From Ignavibacteriota bacterium (lineage in GTDB: Bacteria > Bacteroidota > Ignavibacteria > UBA10030 > UBA6906): a stretch of DNA of 64,000 nucleotides. The notes beneath the pieces are model-generated. The model had not been told where the DNA came from, made no database searches, and saw nothing but the letters and a program-made list of their open reading frames with translations. The DNA lies in assembly GCA_963801355.1 (NCBI GenBank), contig CAWDEM010000004.1:1024001-1088000 (forward strand). The letters run 5' to 3'. The stretch's first letter is position 1; the number at the start of each line of letters is the position of its first letter. Positions 9,372 through 27,465 of the stretch are shown here, piece after piece. The position numbers were made by a program, and so were the translations under genes.

Positions 9372-9797
9372 ATGAAGAAAGTTGCCGGGTTCGTCAAACT
9401 CCAGATTCCTGCCGGGCAGGCAAACCCTGCGCCCCCCGTCGGCCCTGCCCTGGGCCAGAAGGGCGTGAACATCATGGAGTTCTGCAAACAGTTCAATGCG
9501 CGCACACAGTCCCAGCCGGGGATGGTGATCCCCGTGGTCATCACGGTCTACTCGGATAAGTCGTTTACCTTTATCACGAAGACTCCCCCCGCCGCCGTGT
9601 TGCTCGCCAAAGCAGCGAAGGTGGAGAAGGGATCGGCTGAGTCGAACCGGACCAAGGTGGGGACGGTGACGTCGAAACAGGTGCGAGAGATCGCCCAGCT
9701 GAAGATGGCCGACCTGAACGCCAACGACGTGGAATCCGCGATGAGCATGGTGGCCGGCACGGCACGCAGCATGGGCATTTCGGTTGTAGAAGGCTGA
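9372..9797 (+). CDS. rplK: 50S ribosomal protein L11
   Basis: [21 protein letters not shown]. Confidence 0.99.
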   Translation: MKKVAGFVKLQIPAGQANPAPPVGPALGQKGVNIMEFCKQFNARTQSQPGMVIPVVITVYSDKSFTFITKTPPAAVLLAKAAKVEKGSAESNRTKVGTVTSKQVREIAQLKMADLNANDVESAMSMVAGTARSMGISVVEG

Positions 9798-9870
9798 CGC
9801 GTTCGCGCCGCCCGCTGTGTGCCATGAGCGACGCGGAACAGAATACTCTCTTATGGTGTGATAGGCTGTC

Positions 9871-9905
9871 GTGGGAGTCCGCATGGAGCGGACGTTTGTA
9901 CCACA
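9871..9905 (+). promoter_or_regulatory. Probable L1-binding autoregulatory mRNA site
   Basis: GTGGGAG-TCCGC-ATGGA-GCGGA-CGTTTGT-ACCAC directly before rplA; GTGGGAG...ACCAC frame resembles L1 leaders between rplK and rplA. Confidence 0.6.
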
Positions 9906-9923
9906 TTATGAAAGAACGGAGCA

Positions 9924-10619
9924 ATGAAATTCAGTAAACGCTTCAAGGCACTCACACAGAAAATCGAACCCAAGGCATATAGTGTGGAAGAGGCGGTCGC
10001 GAAAGTCAAAGAAACCGCGACAGCCAAGTTCACGGAGTCCGTCGATATCGCCGTCCGCCTGGGTGTTGACCCGAAGAAGGCGGATCAGGCGGTGCGTGGC
10101 ACCGTGGCGTTGCCGCACGGCATCGGCCGGGAAGTGCGCGTGCTGGTGCTCGCACGTCCTCCGCGTGATGAAGAGGCCAGAGCTGCAGGGGCCGATCATG
10201 CGGGTCTGGCGGACTACGTCACGAAGATCCAGGGCGGGTGGGCAGATATTGACGTCATTATCGCGACCCCGGACGTAATGGGCGAGGTCGGCAAGCTGGG
10301 GAAGATCCTCGGGCCCCGCGGTCTCATGCCGAACCCCAAGAGCGGCACGGTGACCACCGACGTCGCCAAAGCCGTCAAGGAAGTGAAAGCCGGAAAGATC
10401 GAATTTCGCGTCGACAAGGCGGGCATCCTGCACTCCTCTGTCGGCAAAGCCAACTTCGAGCCGGTGCAGCTGGTCGAGAACATCCACGCATTCATCGCCG
10501 CCGTCTTCCGGCTGAAGCCGGCCACGGCGAAAGGGACGTACATCAAGAGCATCCATCTGTCGAGCACGATGGGGCCGGGTGTGGAGATCGACCGCGCGCA
10601 GGCTGCGGAGCGGCACTAA
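9924..10619 (+). CDS. rplA: 50S ribosomal protein L1
   Basis: [23 protein letters not shown]. Confidence 0.99.
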   Translation: MKFSKRFKALTQKIEPKAYSVEEAVAKVKETATAKFTESVDIAVRLGVDPKKADQAVRGTVALPHGIGREVRVLVLARPPRDEEARAAGADHAGLADYVTKIQGGWADIDVIIATPDVMGEVGKLGKILGPRGLMPNPKSGTVTTDVAKAVKEVKAGKIEFRVDKAGILHSSVGKANFEPVQLVENIHAFIAAVFRLKPATAKGTYIKSIHLSSTMGPGVEIDRAQAAERH

Positions 10620-10654
10620 ACGCATGTTACGCACTCAGTACCCATAGCATCACC

Positions 10655-10724
10655 TCACAGCCGTACGTCTGTTGCCCGGCCTCACGGACCGGGGCTTCTC
10701 TCCAGACGGTGTTCGGCGCTGTGA
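10655..10724 (+). promoter_or_regulatory. Structured leader before rplJ (candidate L10 leader)
   Basis: Nested stems TCACAGC/GCTGTGA and CGTCTG/CAGACG; position matches L10-leader sites, canonical motif not confirmed. Confidence 0.45.
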
Positions 10725-10739
10725 CAACGAAAGGAAGGC

Positions 10740-11264
10740 ATGAAACGATCGGAAAAAGATCAGATCATCGCCGAAGTGGCTGAAATTGCCGGCCGCGCGC
10801 ACGGGATGTTCTTCACCGATTTCGGCGGGCTGACAGTGGAACAGGCGACGGAACTCCGGCGCGAGTTCCGCAAAGCCGGCATCGATTACCGGGTCGCGAA
10901 GAATACCCTGATCCGGAAGGCACTCGAGCAGGTGGGCGGATATGATCGCGTGTTCGACAAGCTCGCCGGTCCGACCGGCGTGGCGTTTGCATACGACGAT
11001 CCTGTCGCACCGGCAAAGATCATTCAGAAGTTCACGGAGAAGCACAAAAAGCTCTCCTTGAAGGTCTGCATGATCGAGCACGAGATGTACGAAGGATCCC
11101 GTCTGGCGGAGATCGCGAAAATCCCGTCCCGGCCGGAACTTGTGGCAGCCATACTCGGCAGTATCCAGGCGCCTCTCGCAGGCGTGCCTGGCGCGGTGAA
11201 CGCGGTGCTGCGCGACCTCGTCAGTGTGATCGACGAAGTCGGCAAACAGAAACAGGCCGCGTAA
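10740..11264 (+). CDS. rplJ: 50S ribosomal protein L10
   Basis: GLTVEQATELRREFR...VAKNTL; operon context. Confidence 0.97.
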   Translation: MKRSEKDQIIAEVAEIAGRAHGMFFTDFGGLTVEQATELRREFRKAGIDYRVAKNTLIRKALEQVGGYDRVFDKLAGPTGVAFAYDDPVAPAKIIQKFTEKHKKLSLKVCMIEHEMYEGSRLAEIAKIPSRPELVAAILGSIQAPLAGVPGAVNAVLRDLVSVIDEVGKQKQAA

Positions 11265-11315
11265 CGCGGACACCAGATTAACGATAGAAGACGATAAACC
11301 AGAGGAGATACCCCA

Positions 11316-11696
11316 ATGTCAGCAGTGCAGGAACTCGTTGAGAAGATTGAAAAGCTCACCCTCCTTGAGGCGGTCGAGCTCAAGAAGGCGCTGGAGGAAA
11401 AGTTCGGTGTGACCGCTGCGGCCCCGATGATGATGGGCGCCATGATGCCCGCCGCCGGTGCTGCGGCAGCGCCTGTCGAAGAGAAGACCGAATTCACCGT
11501 CGTGCTGAAAGAAACCGGCGCGCAGAAAATCAACGTGATCAAGGTTGTCCGTGCCGCCACCGGTCTCGGACTCAAAGAAGCCAAGGATCTCGTGGACGGT
11601 GCTCCGAAGCCCGTGAAGGAAAGCATCTCGAAAGACGATGCCGAGAAGCTCAAGAAAGAGCTGGAAGAAGCCGGAGCGACGGTCGAGTTGAAGTAA
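11316..11696 (+). CDS. rplL: 50S ribosomal protein L7/L12
   Basis: [32 protein letters not shown]. Confidence 0.99.
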   Translation: MSAVQELVEKIEKLTLLEAVELKKALEEKFGVTAAAPMMMGAMMPAAGAAAAPVEEKTEFTVVLKETGAQKINVIKVVRAATGLGLKEAKDLVDGAPKPVKESISKDDAEKLKKELEEAGATVELK

Positions 11697-11869
11697 GTCG
11701 TGTCGAGCCGGGGCTGACCGCATCCGGTCCGCCCCGGCGGGTATTATCACTGCCCGGCAAGCCGCTGTACTCAGGCGATGACTCTCCCCGTGCAGGCCCG
11801 TGATGTGGCCTGCGCGTTCTTGTCAGGGAGACGGGGGCGCCGGGCGTTTGAGACCATCAACACGAAGGA

Positions 11870-14800
11870 GTGGTGCTCTTGAAGAATCAGGGCAACAAGC
11901 GTATCACGTTCGGCAAGATTCCGGAAATTATCGAATCGCCGGACCTGCTGAACATCCAGCTTGAGTCGTGGGAGAGCTTTCTGCAGGCCGACCTTGCACC
12001 CGCGCGGCGGAAGAATAAAGGGTTGCAGGCGGTCTTCAAAATGAATTTCCCGATCACCGACGCCAGGGAGAATTTCCTCCTGGAATTCATCGAGTACTAC
12101 GTCGAGAAGCCCAAGTACTCGGTGGCCGAATGCGTCGAACGCGGCCTCACCTACGCCGTCCCCGTCAAAGCCAAGCTGCGCCTCTCGCAGAAGTCGGAGG
12201 ACGGGAAGAGCTTCGTCAATACGATCGAGCAGGACGTCTACCTCGGCAACCTCCCCACCATGACCAACAAGGGGACGTACATCATCAACGGCGCCGAGCG
12301 CGTTGTCGTCAGCCAGCTGCACCGCTCCCCCGGTGTCTTCTTCAGCGAGTCAATGCACCCGAACGGCACGCCCATCTACTCCGCGCGCATTATCCCGTTC
12401 CGCGGCTCATGGGTGGAGTTCACGACCGACATCAACAACGTGATGTACGCCTATATCGACCGGAAGAAGAAGTTCCCCGTCACGACGCTGCTCCGCGCCC
12501 TGGGCTACTCCTCCGACGATGAAATCCTCGAATTGTTCAGCCTCGTCGAGGAAGTGGATCTCGGGAAATCAGATCTGAAGGACTTTGAGGGGCGGACCAT
12601 CTGCAGCGACGTCGTTGACAGGAAGACGGGCGAGATCTTCATTAATAAAGATACCGTCCTGACCGAAGAACACATCAAGAGAATTAAGAAGTCCGGCGTC
12701 AAGAAACTCCGCCTGCTCGTCCAGCAGGGCAGCGAAGAATCGGTGATTGCGAAGACCATCTCGAAGGACATTGTCCGCTCGGAAGAGGACGCGCTCACCG
12801 CGATCTACAAGCAGCTGCGTTCCGGGGATGCTCCCGACCTGGAAACCGCCAAAACCCTTATCGACCGCCTCTTCTTCAACGAGAAACGGTACGACCTCGG
12901 CGATGTCGGACGCTACCGCATCAACGGCAAGCTCGGCCTCACCATTCCGGTGAACACCACGACCCTGACCAAACAGGATATCGTGGCCATCATCAACTAC
13001 CTGATCGAGCTGCAGCAGAAGAAACGCTCCGTGGACGATATCGACCACCTTGGCAACCGCCGGGTGCGCACCGTCGGCGAGCAAATCGCGCAGCAGTTCA
13101 ACATCGGTCTCGCGCGCATGGCCCGCACCATCCGCGAACGCATGAACGTGCGTGACAGCGAAAACCTGACGCCGCAGGATATGGTGAACGCGCGGACGAT
13201 CAGCAGCGTCATCAATGCGTTTTTCGGGACGAATCCGCTCTCACAGTTCATGGATCAGACCAACCCGCTGGCGGAACTGACCAACAAGCGCCGTATGTCG
13301 GCCCTCGGACCCGGCGGTCTGACACGCGAGCGTGCCGGCTTCGAGGTGCGCGACGTCCACTATACGCACTACGGACGCCTGTGCCCGATTGAAACGCCGG
13401 AAGGTCCGAATATCGGACTGATTTCTTCGCTCTGTATCCATGCCCGGGTCAATGAATTCGGATTCATCGAAACACCGTACCGCAAGGTCAAGAACAGCCG
13501 CGTACTCGACGAAATCGAGTTCCTGACCGCCGAACAGGAAGACAATCACACGATCGCCCAGGCCAACGCGCCTCTGGACACGCGCGGCAATTTCCAGAGC
13601 GACCGTGTGAAGGCACGCTACCAGGGTGATTTCCCCGTCGTGAAGCCGGACGAGGTTCAGTACATGGACGTGGCGCCCAACCAGATCGTCAGCGCCGCCG
13701 CAGCCCTGATCCCGTTCCTCGAACACGACGACGCCAACCGCGCACTGATGGGATCCAACATGCAGCGCCAGGCGGTGCCGCTCCTCCGCCCCGAATCCCC
13801 TCTTGTGGGAACCGGCCTCGAGGAAAAGATCGCACGCGACGCACGCGCCGTGGTCGTGGCCGAGCGGAACGGCAATGTCGCGTACGTTGATGCGGACCGG
13901 ATCGTCGTGGAATATGATATCGACGAGAACAGCGTCGAAGCGCTCGTGTCCTTTGAGGACAAACGCCGGGTGGAGTACCCGCTGACAAAGTTCTTCCGGA
14001 CCAATCAGGATACGTGCATCAACCAGCGCGCCATTGTCAAACCGGGTGACCGGGTGCGCAAAGGCGACGTGCTCGCCGACGGCGCCGCCACCGAAGGCGG
14101 TGAGGTTGCCCTCGGCCACAATGTGGTCGTTGCGTTCATGCCCTGGAACGGGTACAACTTCGAAGATGCCATCATCGTCAGCGAACGCCTCGTCTCCAGA
14201 GATGTGTTCACCTCGATTCACATCGAGGAGTTCGAGCTGCAGGTGCGCGACACGAAGCGCGGGGAAGAAGAACTGACCCGGGAAATCCCGAACGTGAGCG
14301 AAGACGCCACGAAGGATCTGGACGAGAACGGAATCGTCCGCATCGGCGCTGAAGTGGTCGAAGGGGATATCCTTATCGGTAAAATCACCCCGAAGGGGGA
14401 ATCGGATCCCACGCCCGAAGAAAAACTGCTCAAGGCGATCTTCGGGGAAAAAGCCGGCGACGTGAAGGACGCGTCGTTGAAGGCGCCTCCCGGCATGAAG
14501 GGCGTCGTCATCAATACAAAACTCTTCAGCCGCAAGAAGAAAGATGCGGAGTCGAAGAAAGAAGACAAACGCCGGAGCGATGCACTGGACCGGCAGCGCC
14601 GCAAAGTGCTCGCGGACCTGCACGAGCGACTCGCGCGCAAACTGGGCGTGGTCCTGCAGGACGAAAAATCCGTCGGTGTGCGCGATACGGACGGCAATAT
14701 GGTGTTCCGCAGCGGCACCACGTTCAAGGTCGATACCTTCCAGACTTACGAAGAGCTGGAGAAACTCGACCCCGCGAATGACTGGGTGGAAGAGAAGCGG

Positions 14801-15643
14801 AAGAACGCGACGATCCAGAAGATTTTCGCCGCGTACTTCGACAAACTGGAAGGCGTGGAAGAAGAGTTCCGCCACGAGAAGAACAAGATCCAGCTCGGGG
14901 ACGAATTGCCCCCCGGCGTTGTGCAGCTGGCCAAGGTCTATGTGGCGAAGAAGCGGAAGCTGTCGGTGGGCGACAAAATGGCCGGCCGCCACGGGAACAA
15001 GGGTGTGGTGTCCCGTGTGGTGCCATCGGCGGACATGCCGTTCCTCCCCGACGGGACACCGGTCGATATCGTGCTGAACCCGCTCGGCGTGCCCTCGCGT
15101 ATGAACCTGGGTCAGTTGTACGAGACCGCACTGGGCTGGGCTGCGGCGGCGCTCGGCACACGGTACGCCTCACCGATTTTCGACGGCGCCACCTGGGAAG
15201 ACGTGCAGGCGGAACTGGGCAAGGCGGGACTCAGCCAGTCTTCGCGCTCGGTATTGTACGACGGCCGCACCGGCGACAAGTTCGACCAGGAGGTGACGGT
15301 CGGCGTCATCTATATGTTGAAGCTGTCGCATCTCGTGGACGATAAGATTCATGCCCGGTCCATCGGGCCGTATTCGCTCATCACTCAGCAGCCGCTCGGC
15401 GGCAAGGCCCAGTTCGGCGGCCAGAGGTTCGGCGAGATGGAGGTGTGGGCGCTTGAGGCCTACGGCGCTGCCCATGTACTGCAGGAAATTCTCACCGTCA
15501 AGAGTGATGATGTCGCCGGTCGCGCAAAAGTGTACGAAGCGATCGTCAAGGGCGACAATCTCCCCGACTCGAACGTCCCCGAATCGTTCAATGTGTTGAT
15601 CCGGGAATTGATGGGTCTGGGGCTGGATGTGAAACTCGAGTAG
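11870..15643 (+). CDS. rpoB: RNA polymerase beta subunit
   Basis: 1257 aa; [45 protein letters not shown]. Confidence 0.99.
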   Translation: MVLLKNQGNKRITFGKIPEIIESPDLLNIQLESWESFLQADLAPARRKNKGLQAVFKMNFPITDARENFLLEFIEYYVEKPKYSVAECVERGLTYAVPVKAKLRLSQKSEDGKSFVNTIEQDVYLGNLPTMTNKGTYIINGAERVVVSQLHRSPGVFFSESMHPNGTPIYSARIIPFRGSWVEFTTDINNVMYAYIDRKKKFPVTTLLRALGYSSDDEILELFSLVEEVDLGKSDLKDFEGRTICSDVVDRKTGEIFINKDTVLTEEHIKRIKKSGVKKLRLLVQQGSEESVIAKTISKDIVRSEEDALTAIYKQLRSGDAPDLETAKTLIDRLFFNEKRYDLGDVGRYRINGKLGLTIPVNTTTLTKQDIVAIINYLIELQQKKRSVDDIDHLGNRRVRTVGEQIAQQFNIGLARMARTIRERMNVRDSENLTPQDMVNARTISSVINAFFGTNPLSQFMDQTNPLAELTNKRRMSALGPGGLTRERAGFEVRDVHYTHYGRLCPIETPEGPNIGLISSLCIHARVNEFGFIETPYRKVKNSRVLDEIEFLTAEQEDNHTIAQANAPLDTRGNFQSDRVKARYQGDFPVVKPDEVQYMDVAPNQIVSAAAALIPFLEHDDANRALMGSNMQRQAVPLLRPESPLVGTGLEEKIARDARAVVVAERNGNVAYVDADRIVVEYDIDENSVEALVSFEDKRRVEYPLTKFFRTNQDTCINQRAIVKPGDRVRKGDVLADGAATEGGEVALGHNVVVAFMPWNGYNFEDAIIVSERLVSRDVFTSIHIEEFELQVRDTKRGEEELTREIPNVSEDATKDLDENGIVRIGAEVVEGDILIGKITPKGESDPTPEEKLLKAIFGEKAGDVKDASLKAPPGMKGVVINTKLFSRKKKDAESKKEDKRRSDALDRQRRKVLADLHERLARKLGVVLQDEKSVGVRDTDGNMVFRSGTTFKVDTFQTYEELEKLDPANDWVEEKRKNATIQKIFAAYFDKLEGVEEEFRHEKNKIQLGDELPPGVVQLAKVYVAKKRKLSVGDKMAGRHGNKGVVSRVVPSADMPFLPDGTPVDIVLNPLGVPSRMNLGQLYETALGWAAAALGTRYASPIFDGATWEDVQAELGKAGLSQSSRSVLYDGRTGDKFDQEVTVGVIYMLKLSHLVDDKIHARSIGPYSLITQQPLGGKAQFGGQRFGEMEVWALEAYGAAHVLQEILTVKSDDVAGRAKVYEAIVKGDNLPDSNVPESFNVLIRELMGLGLDVKLE

Positions 15644-15671
15644 CTTGACCACCGGAAGGAGGGAAGCCCTT

Positions 15672-19945
<4,274 letters not shown>

Positions 19946-19949
<4 letters not shown>

Positions 19950-19974
19950 CATTAAATAGTGCATTTCGTACCTT
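19946..19974 (+). promoter_or_regulatory. Sigma70-type promoter for str operon, overlapping the rpoC stop
   Basis: TTGACA-17 bp-TACCTT. Confidence 0.7.
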
Positions 19975-20021
19975 GAAAAGCTGTCTTTCTACGTAACGAA
20001 TTTGCCGTTCCGGAGCAATAC

Positions 20022-20402
20022 GTGCCAACCATCAACCAGTTGATTCGCAAAAGCCGCCACGCGGTGACCTATAAAAGCAAGGCGCCGGCGATGGGTGGGA
20101 ACCCGCAGAAACGCGGAGTCTGCACCCGCGTCTACACGACCACGCCGAAGAAACCCAATTCCGCGTTGCGGAAGGTGGCGCGTGTCCGCCTCGTCAACGG
20201 GATCGAGGTGACCGCCTACATCCCGGGTGAAGGGCACAACCTGCAGGAACACTCGATTGTCATGATTCGCGGGGGCAGGGTCAAAGATCTCCCCGGCGTC
20301 CGGTACCATATCATTCGCGGTACGCTGGATACGGCAGGCGTAGCCGAGCGCAAGCAGGGCAGGTCAAAGTACGGCGCCAAACGCGCAAAGAAAACTGCGT
20401 AG
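20022..20402 (+). CDS. rpsL: 30S ribosomal protein S12
   Basis: [27 protein letters not shown]. Confidence 0.99.
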   Translation: MPTINQLIRKSRHAVTYKSKAPAMGGNPQKRGVCTRVYTTTPKKPNSALRKVARVRLVNGIEVTAYIPGEGHNLQEHSIVMIRGGRVKDLPGVRYHIIRGTLDTAGVAERKQGRSKYGAKRAKKTA

Positions 20403-20427
20403 CAATCCTAACCCAGGTCCTTAGCCA

Positions 20428-20895
20428 GTGAGAAAGAAGAGAGCGGCAACACGGCATCGGGTTCCCGATCCCAAATTCAATGATGTGCTGGTATCGGAAT
20501 TCGTCAACAATATCATGAAGGCGGGAAAGAAGCACACCGCCCGGCGTATCCTCTACGATGCGTTCAGCATCATCGAGGAACGGACGAAGGCAGCCGGCCT
20601 GGACGTCTTCAAGAAGGCGGTCTCCAATACGCGGCCGGTCCTGGAAGTCAAGGCGCGGCGTGTCGGCGGCGCCACCTACCAGGTGCCAACCGAAGTGCGC
20701 GCGGGCCGGAGCACGGCCCTCGCCATCCGCTGGCTCATCGGGTATGCGAGCGACCGCAAGGAGCGCTCCATGGCCCACAAACTTGCGTCAGAATTCATCG
20801 CCGCCTCGAACGGCGAAGGTAGTTCCATTAAGAAAAAGGAAGAAACCCACAGAATGGCCGAAGCCAACAAGGCCTTCGCCCATTTCAAGTGGTAA
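20428..20895 (+). CDS. rpsG: 30S ribosomal protein S7
   Basis: RRVGGATYQVP, HRMAEANKAFAH. Confidence 0.99.
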   Translation: MRKKRAATRHRVPDPKFNDVLVSEFVNNIMKAGKKHTARRILYDAFSIIEERTKAAGLDVFKKAVSNTRPVLEVKARRVGGATYQVPTEVRAGRSTALAIRWLIGYASDRKERSMAHKLASEFIAASNGEGSSIKKKEETHRMAEANKAFAHFKW

Positions 20896-20901
20896 GACGG
20901 A

Positions 20902-23004
20902 ATGCCGCGACTGTATCCGCTTGAGCGGACGCGCAATATCGGCATCAGCGCGCACATCGATGCCGGAAAAACCACAACGACGGAACGCATCCTGTTCTAC
21001 ACGGGCGTGGTGCACCGCATGGGCGAAGTCCATGACGGCGCCGCTACCATGGACTGGATGGAGCAGGAGAAAGAGCGCGGCATCACGATCACCTCGGCGG
21101 CGACCACCTGCTTCTGGCATAATCACCGCGTGAATATCATCGACACACCGGGTCATGTGGACTTCACCGCCGAAGTGGAGCGCTCGCTCCGCGTGCTGGA
21201 TGGCGCTGTGGCGCTGTTCTGCGCCGTCGGCGGCGTGGAACCGCAGTCGGAGACCGTCTGGCGTCAGATGGACAAGTACGGTGTACCGCGCATCGCGTTT
21301 GTGAACAAGATGGACCGCGTGGGTGCCGACTTCCTCAATGTGGTGCAAATGATGAAGGCGCGCCTCGGCACGAATGCCGTGCCCGTCCAGATCCCCGTCG
21401 GCGAAGGCGATATGTTCGCCGGGGTGATCGACCTGGTCACCATGAAGGCCCGCATGTACCGCGACTCGTCGCTGGGCACGGAATGGGACGAGATCCCCAT
21501 ACCGCACGACATGCTCGGCCGGGCTCAGGCGTACCGGACAAAGATGCTCGAAGCGGTCTCCGACGAGGACGACACGCTGCTGGGAAAATATCTCGAGGGG
21601 AAAGAAATTACGCCGGACGAGATCAGGGTCGTCCTGCGCCGCGCGTGCCTCAAAGTCAGCATCATTCCGGTACTGTGCGGCAGTTCCTTCAAGAACAAAG
21701 GCGTCCAGCAATTGCTCGACGCCGTCATCGACTACCTCCCGTCGCCCCTCGACCTGAACGATGGACGCGTTGTCGGCCACCATATCAACCTGACCGACAA
21801 GATCGAGCGGAAGGTGTCCGACAGCGAACCGTTCACCGCGCTCGCATTCAAAATCATGACCGACCCGTTTGTGGGAAAACTCACCTACTTCAGGGTCTAT
21901 ACCGGGACGCTCACATCCGGGTCGTATATCTACAATCCGATCAACGACAAGAAAGAGCGCCTCAGCCGCATTCTCCGGATGCACGCCAACTCCCGTGAAG
22001 ACGTCGAGGAAGCGTATTCGGGTGACATCGTCGCCGCGGTGGGGTTGAAACACACGCGGACCGGCGACACGTTGTGTGACGAAGCGGATCCGATCATCCT
22101 CGAGAAAATGACGTTCCCCGATCCGGTGATTCACGTGGCGATCGAGGCCAAGACGAAGGGGGATCAGGAAAAGCTCGCGGAGGCAATGCTTAAGCTCTCC
22201 GAGGAAGATCCAACGCTGCGGATTTCCACAAACCCGGAGACTGGTCAGAACATTATCAGCGGTATGGGCGAGCTGCATCTGGAGATTATCATCGACCGGA
22301 TGCGGCGCGAGTTCAAAGTGGTGGCAAACATCGGCAAGCCGCAGGTGGCGTACAAGGAAACGATTCGCAAGAAGGTGCAGGCGGAAGGGAAGTTCGTGCG
22401 CCAGAGCGGCGGCCGCGGGCAGTTCGGGCATGTGTGGCTGGAAGTCATGCCGAACGTGAAGGGGAAGGGTTTCGAGTTCGAAAACGACATTGTCGGCGGC
22501 ACGATTCCGCGGGAGTATATCCGTCCGGTGGAACAGGGCGTTGTGGAAGCGATGCGGAACGGCGTCCTGGCGGGATACCCCATGGAGGATATCAAGGTAC
22601 GGCTGTACGATGGCTCGTTTCACGAGGTCGACTCGTCAGAAATGGCCTTCAAGATCGCCGGCTCCATGGCCTTTAAAGAGGGCGCACGGAGGGCCGATCC
22701 GGTCATCCTCGAGCCGATCATGGGCGTCGAAGTGGTGACACCCGAAGAGTATATGGGGGATGTGATGGGCGATCTGAACTCCCGCCGCGGGAAGATTACC
22801 GGCATGGCTCCGCGGAAGGATGCGCAGGTCATCCGCGCCAACGTACCCCTGTCGGAAATGTTCGGGTATTCGACCGTGCTCCGGTCCATGACGCAGGGCC
22901 GCGCAATCTACACCATGGAGATCTCGCACTACGACGAGACCCCGCGTAGTGTGGCAGATCAGATTATCGAGAAGATCAAAGGCAAAGACACAGCGACCGC
23001 ATAA
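20902..23004 (+). CDS. fusA: Elongation factor G
   Basis: [27 protein letters not shown]. Confidence 0.99.
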   Translation: MPRLYPLERTRNIGISAHIDAGKTTTTERILFYTGVVHRMGEVHDGAATMDWMEQEKERGITITSAATTCFWHNHRVNIIDTPGHVDFTAEVERSLRVLDGAVALFCAVGGVEPQSETVWRQMDKYGVPRIAFVNKMDRVGADFLNVVQMMKARLGTNAVPVQIPVGEGDMFAGVIDLVTMKARMYRDSSLGTEWDEIPIPHDMLGRAQAYRTKMLEAVSDEDDTLLGKYLEGKEITPDEIRVVLRRACLKVSIIPVLCGSSFKNKGVQQLLDAVIDYLPSPLDLNDGRVVGHHINLTDKIERKVSDSEPFTALAFKIMTDPFVGKLTYFRVYTGTLTSGSYIYNPINDKKERLSRILRMHANSREDVEEAYSGDIVAAVGLKHTRTGDTLCDEADPIILEKMTFPDPVIHVAIEAKTKGDQEKLAEAMLKLSEEDPTLRISTNPETGQNIISGMGELHLEIIIDRMRREFKVVANIGKPQVAYKETIRKKVQAEGKFVRQSGGRGQFGHVWLEVMPNVKGKGFEFENDIVGGTIPREYIRPVEQGVVEAMRNGVLAGYPMEDIKVRLYDGSFHEVDSSEMAFKIAGSMAFKEGARRADPVILEPIMGVEVVTPEEYMGDVMGDLNSRRGKITGMAPRKDAQVIRANVPLSEMFGYSTVLRSMTQGRAIYTMEISHYDETPRSVADQIIEKIKGKDTATA

Positions 23005-23034
23005 ATTTTCCGTCTATCCAGAGGAGAACATACA

Positions 23035-24246
<1,212 letters not shown>

Positions 24247-24268
24247 TTCCCATTGGAGTGGTATTCAC

Positions 24269-24577
24269 GTGGCCGGACAAAAGATACGAATCAAACTCAA
24301 GTCGTACGATCACAACCTGATCGACAAGTCTGCGGAAAAAATCATCAAGACTGTCAAGTCAACAGGCGCTGTGGTCTCCGGCCCGATTCCGTTACCCACG
24401 AAGCGTACGGTGTATACTGTGCTTCGTTCACCTCATGTGGATAAGAAGTCGAGGGAGCAGTTCGAGACGCGCTCGCACAAGAGGCTGATCGACATACTCA
24501 ACTCGACGAACAGGACCGTCGATTCCCTGATGAAGCTGGATCTTCCCGCGGGCGTCGACGTCGAGATCAAGGTCTAA
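24269..24577 (+). CDS. rpsJ: 30S ribosomal protein S10
   Basis: [21 protein letters not shown]. Confidence 0.99.
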   Translation: MAGQKIRIKLKSYDHNLIDKSAEKIIKTVKSTGAVVSGPIPLPTKRTVYTVLRSPHVDKKSREQFETRSHKRLIDILNSTNRTVDSLMKLDLPAGVDVEIKV

Positions 24578-24727
24578 CCCGCATACGAGCAGTTCGGTGA
24601 CTGTCCCCCGGGGGCATGGTGCTCCCGGGGCGACGGGAAAACGGCGTCGGGAGCAGTGCCCACAACGGCACAGGTGTGTCGCAGGGTGGACTCGTGACGG
24701 TATGTGCATGCATACATGGATGGTGGT

Positions 24728-25363
24728 ATGACAGGACTACTTGGAAAAAAATTGGGCATGACCAGCATCTTCGATGATGCGGGTCACGTCATTCCCTGCA
24801 CGGTCATCGAAGCCGGCCCGTGCTACGTCACACAGATAAAGACTGTGGATCATGACGGGTACGAGGCGGTGCAAGTCGGGTTCGAAGAACGGAAGGAGCG
24901 CACGGTGACAAAACCGTTGCGCGGCCATTTTGCCCGTGCGAACGTGAAGCCCACCCGCCTGGTGCGGGAGTTCCGCGGCAACGGCGTCAGCGACGTTCAA
25001 CCCGGTCAGGAAATCAAGGTCGACCGCGTCTTCACCAAAGGCGACATCGTCAAGGTGGTGGGAACGTCGAAAGGGAAAGGTTTTCAGGGCGTGGTGCGGC
25101 GTCACCACTTCGGTGGTGGCTCGAAGACCCACGGCCAGAGCGATCGCCAGCGGGCCCCGGGCTCCATCGGCTCCTCTTCGTATCCCTCGCGGGTGTTCCG
25201 CGGCCAGCGCATGGCCGGACGCATGGGCGGAGAGCAGGTGACGGTGCGCAACCTCATGGTGGTCGGCGTGATTCCCGATTCGAATCTCCTGCTGATCAAA
25301 GGTTCGGTACCGGGCGCTATCAACGGCTATCTTGAGATCCACAAGGTGAAGTCTCACCAGTAA
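24728..25363 (+). CDS. rplC: 50S ribosomal protein L3
   Basis: GLLGKKLGMT, SKGKGFQG, RAPGSIG. Confidence 0.99.
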   Translation: MTGLLGKKLGMTSIFDDAGHVIPCTVIEAGPCYVTQIKTVDHDGYEAVQVGFEERKERTVTKPLRGHFARANVKPTRLVREFRGNGVSDVQPGQEIKVDRVFTKGDIVKVVGTSKGKGFQGVVRRHHFGGGSKTHGQSDRQRAPGSIGSSSYPSRVFRGQRMAGRMGGEQVTVRNLMVVGVIPDSNLLLIKGSVPGAINGYLEIHKVKSHQ

Positions 25364-25378
25364 CCAATGGGTGTGGCG

Positions 25379-26008
25379 ATGGAATTGGAAGTCTATAAGA
25401 AAGACGGCACAAAGAGCGGCGAGAAGGTGAAGCTCTCCGAGGAAATCTTCGGCGTTGAGCCGAATATGCATCTCGTCTACCGCGCGGTGCGGACCTACCT
25501 GGACAACCAGCGTCAGGGGACGGCGAAGCTGAAGACACGCGAAGAGGTGCGGGGCGGGGGAAAGAAACCGTTCCGCCAGAAACACACCGGCATGGCGCGG
25601 CAGGGAAGCTCACGGTCGCCCGTGATGGTCGGCGGCGGCGCGATCTTCGGGCCGAAACCCCGGGACTACTCCTCAATGCTGCCGGCGACGATGCGCCGCG
25701 CCGCCCGCAAGTCGGCCCTCTCGATCAAGGCCCGTGACGGTCAGATCAAGGTGGTGGAGGATTTTTCGTTCGACGCCCCCAAAACCAAAGAGCTGGTGGT
25801 TGTCCTGAAGGCACTCGCGCTGGGTGACACCAAGACTCTTCTCCTGCTTGCGAAGCCGGATGCCGCGGTGGTGAGGTCGGGCCGGAATATTCCGCGCCTG
25901 CAGGTTGCCCAGGCCGATAAGGCATCCACCTATGATTTCGTGAACACGCAGGTGCTGCTGATCCAGAAAAGCGCTCTGGAAGTCCTGCAGAATACGTTCA
26001 AAAACTAA
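25379..26008 (+). CDS. rplD: 50S ribosomal protein L4
   Basis: RQGT, GGGKKPFRQKHTGMARQGS. Confidence 0.99.
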   Translation: MELEVYKKDGTKSGEKVKLSEEIFGVEPNMHLVYRAVRTYLDNQRQGTAKLKTREEVRGGGKKPFRQKHTGMARQGSSRSPVMVGGGAIFGPKPRDYSSMLPATMRRAARKSALSIKARDGQIKVVEDFSFDAPKTKELVVVLKALALGDTKTLLLLAKPDAAVVRSGRNIPRLQVAQADKASTYDFVNTQVLLIQKSALEVLQNTFKN

Positions 26009-26023
26009 CGCGGCGGATCGAAC

Positions 26024-26314
26024 ATGAAGTCCATACTGAAACGCCCCATCGTCACGGAGAAGATGACTGAGCTGCAGGAGAAGGGGCATTATGCCTTCGA
26101 AGTGGATCTGGCGGCAAACAAGATCGCCATCGCCCGTGCAGTGGCAAAGAAATTCAACGTGACCGTGCTGGATGTGCGCACGGTGCGCGTCAAGGGGAAG
26201 ACCAAGTCGCAGATGACGCGCCGGGGCCGGTTTGCCGGCCGCACGCCCGAGTGGAAAAAGGCGATTGTGCGCCTCAAAGAAGGCGACAAGATCGAATTCT
26301 TCCAGAATGTCTGA
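26024..26314 (+). CDS. rplW: 50S ribosomal protein L23
   Basis: [14 protein letters not shown]. Confidence 0.98.
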   Translation: MKSILKRPIVTEKMTELQEKGHYAFEVDLAANKIAIARAVAKKFNVTVLDVRTVRVKGKTKSQMTRRGRFAGRTPEWKKAIVRLKEGDKIEFFQNV

Positions 26315-26339
26315 TCGATTAACAGGATAGAGTGCAATC

Positions 26340-27167
26340 ATGGCCATTCGGAAGTTGAAGCCGGTGACGCCGGGAACGCGATGGGCGTCGGTGCCTGCGT
26401 TCACGGAAATCACCAAGACGCGGCCCGAGAAATCCCTCATCGAGCCGTTAAAACGCACCGGGGGGCGGAACAACACCGGACGGATCACGTCGCGTCACCG
26501 CGGCGGCGGGCACAAGCGTTTCTACCGCATCATCGATTTCAAGCGGAACAAAGTTGGGATGGACGCCACCGTTGCGGCGATCGAGTACGATCCGAATCGT
26601 TCCGCGCGTCTTGCGTTGCTGCAGTACAAAGACGGCGAGCGCCGGTATATCCTCGCTCCGGACGGCGTGAAGGTGGGTGAGGTGCTCCGGTCCGGCCCGG
26701 ATGCGGAAATCAAACCGGGCAATGCCATGCCGCTGGCGAACATACCGGCCGGCACATTCGTGCACAATATCGAGATCCGGCCGGGCAAAGGCGCCCAGAT
26801 GGCGCGCAGCGCCGGCATGGCCGTGCAGCTGATGGCCAAGGAAGGGAAGCTCGCCCAGTTGCGCCTCCCGTCAGGCGAAGTGCGCAGCGTGTCCATCGAT
26901 TGTCTGGCCACCATCGGTGCCGTCGGCAATGCGGATCACGAGAACCTCAGCGTCGGCAAGGCGGGCCGGTCGCGCTGGCTCGGCATCCGCCCGCAATCGC
27001 GCGGCGTCGTCATGAACCCGGTCGATCACCCGCATGGCGGTGGTGAAGGAAAGTCGCCCCAGGGAAATCCACACCCGGTCTCACCGTGGGGATGGCTGAC
27101 AAAGGGGAAGAAGACACGGAAGACGAAAAAGGCATCCAGCAAGTTCATCGTGAAACGGAGAAGGTGA
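26340..27167 (+). CDS. rplB: 50S ribosomal protein L2
   Basis: [21 protein letters not shown]. Confidence 0.99.
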   Translation: MAIRKLKPVTPGTRWASVPAFTEITKTRPEKSLIEPLKRTGGRNNTGRITSRHRGGGHKRFYRIIDFKRNKVGMDATVAAIEYDPNRSARLALLQYKDGERRYILAPDGVKVGEVLRSGPDAEIKPGNAMPLANIPAGTFVHNIEIRPGKGAQMARSAGMAVQLMAKEGKLAQLRLPSGEVRSVSIDCLATIGAVGNADHENLSVGKAGRSRWLGIRPQSRGVVMNPVDHPHGGGEGKSPQGNPHPVSPWGWLTKGKKTRKTKKASSKFIVKRRR

Positions 27168-27171
27168 CGGT

Positions 27172-27459
27172 ATGAGCCGTTCGCTGAAAAAAGGACCGTT
27201 CGTGAGCAACCGGGTGGCGGAGCAGGTTGCGGCGCTCAACAAATCGAACCAGAAGAAGGTGGTGAAGACCTGGTCGCGCGCATCGACGATCACCCCCGAG
27301 TTCGTGGGGCACACCTTCGCGGTGCACAACGGGAACAAGTTCATCCCGGTCTATGTGCACGAAGGGATGGTGGGTCACAAGCTGGGCGAGTTCGCACCGA
27401 CGCGGTTGTTCCGCGGACACCCCGGTGTGAAGAAGGAAGAAACGACGAAGGCGGGATAA
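27172..27459 (+). CDS. rpsS: 30S ribosomal protein S19
   Basis: [20 protein letters not shown]. Confidence 0.99.
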   Translation: MSRSLKKGPFVSNRVAEQVAALNKSNQKKVVKTWSRASTITPEFVGHTFAVHNGNKFIPVYVHEGMVGHKLGEFAPTRLFRGHPGVKKEETTKAG

Positions 27460-27465
27460 GCACGC

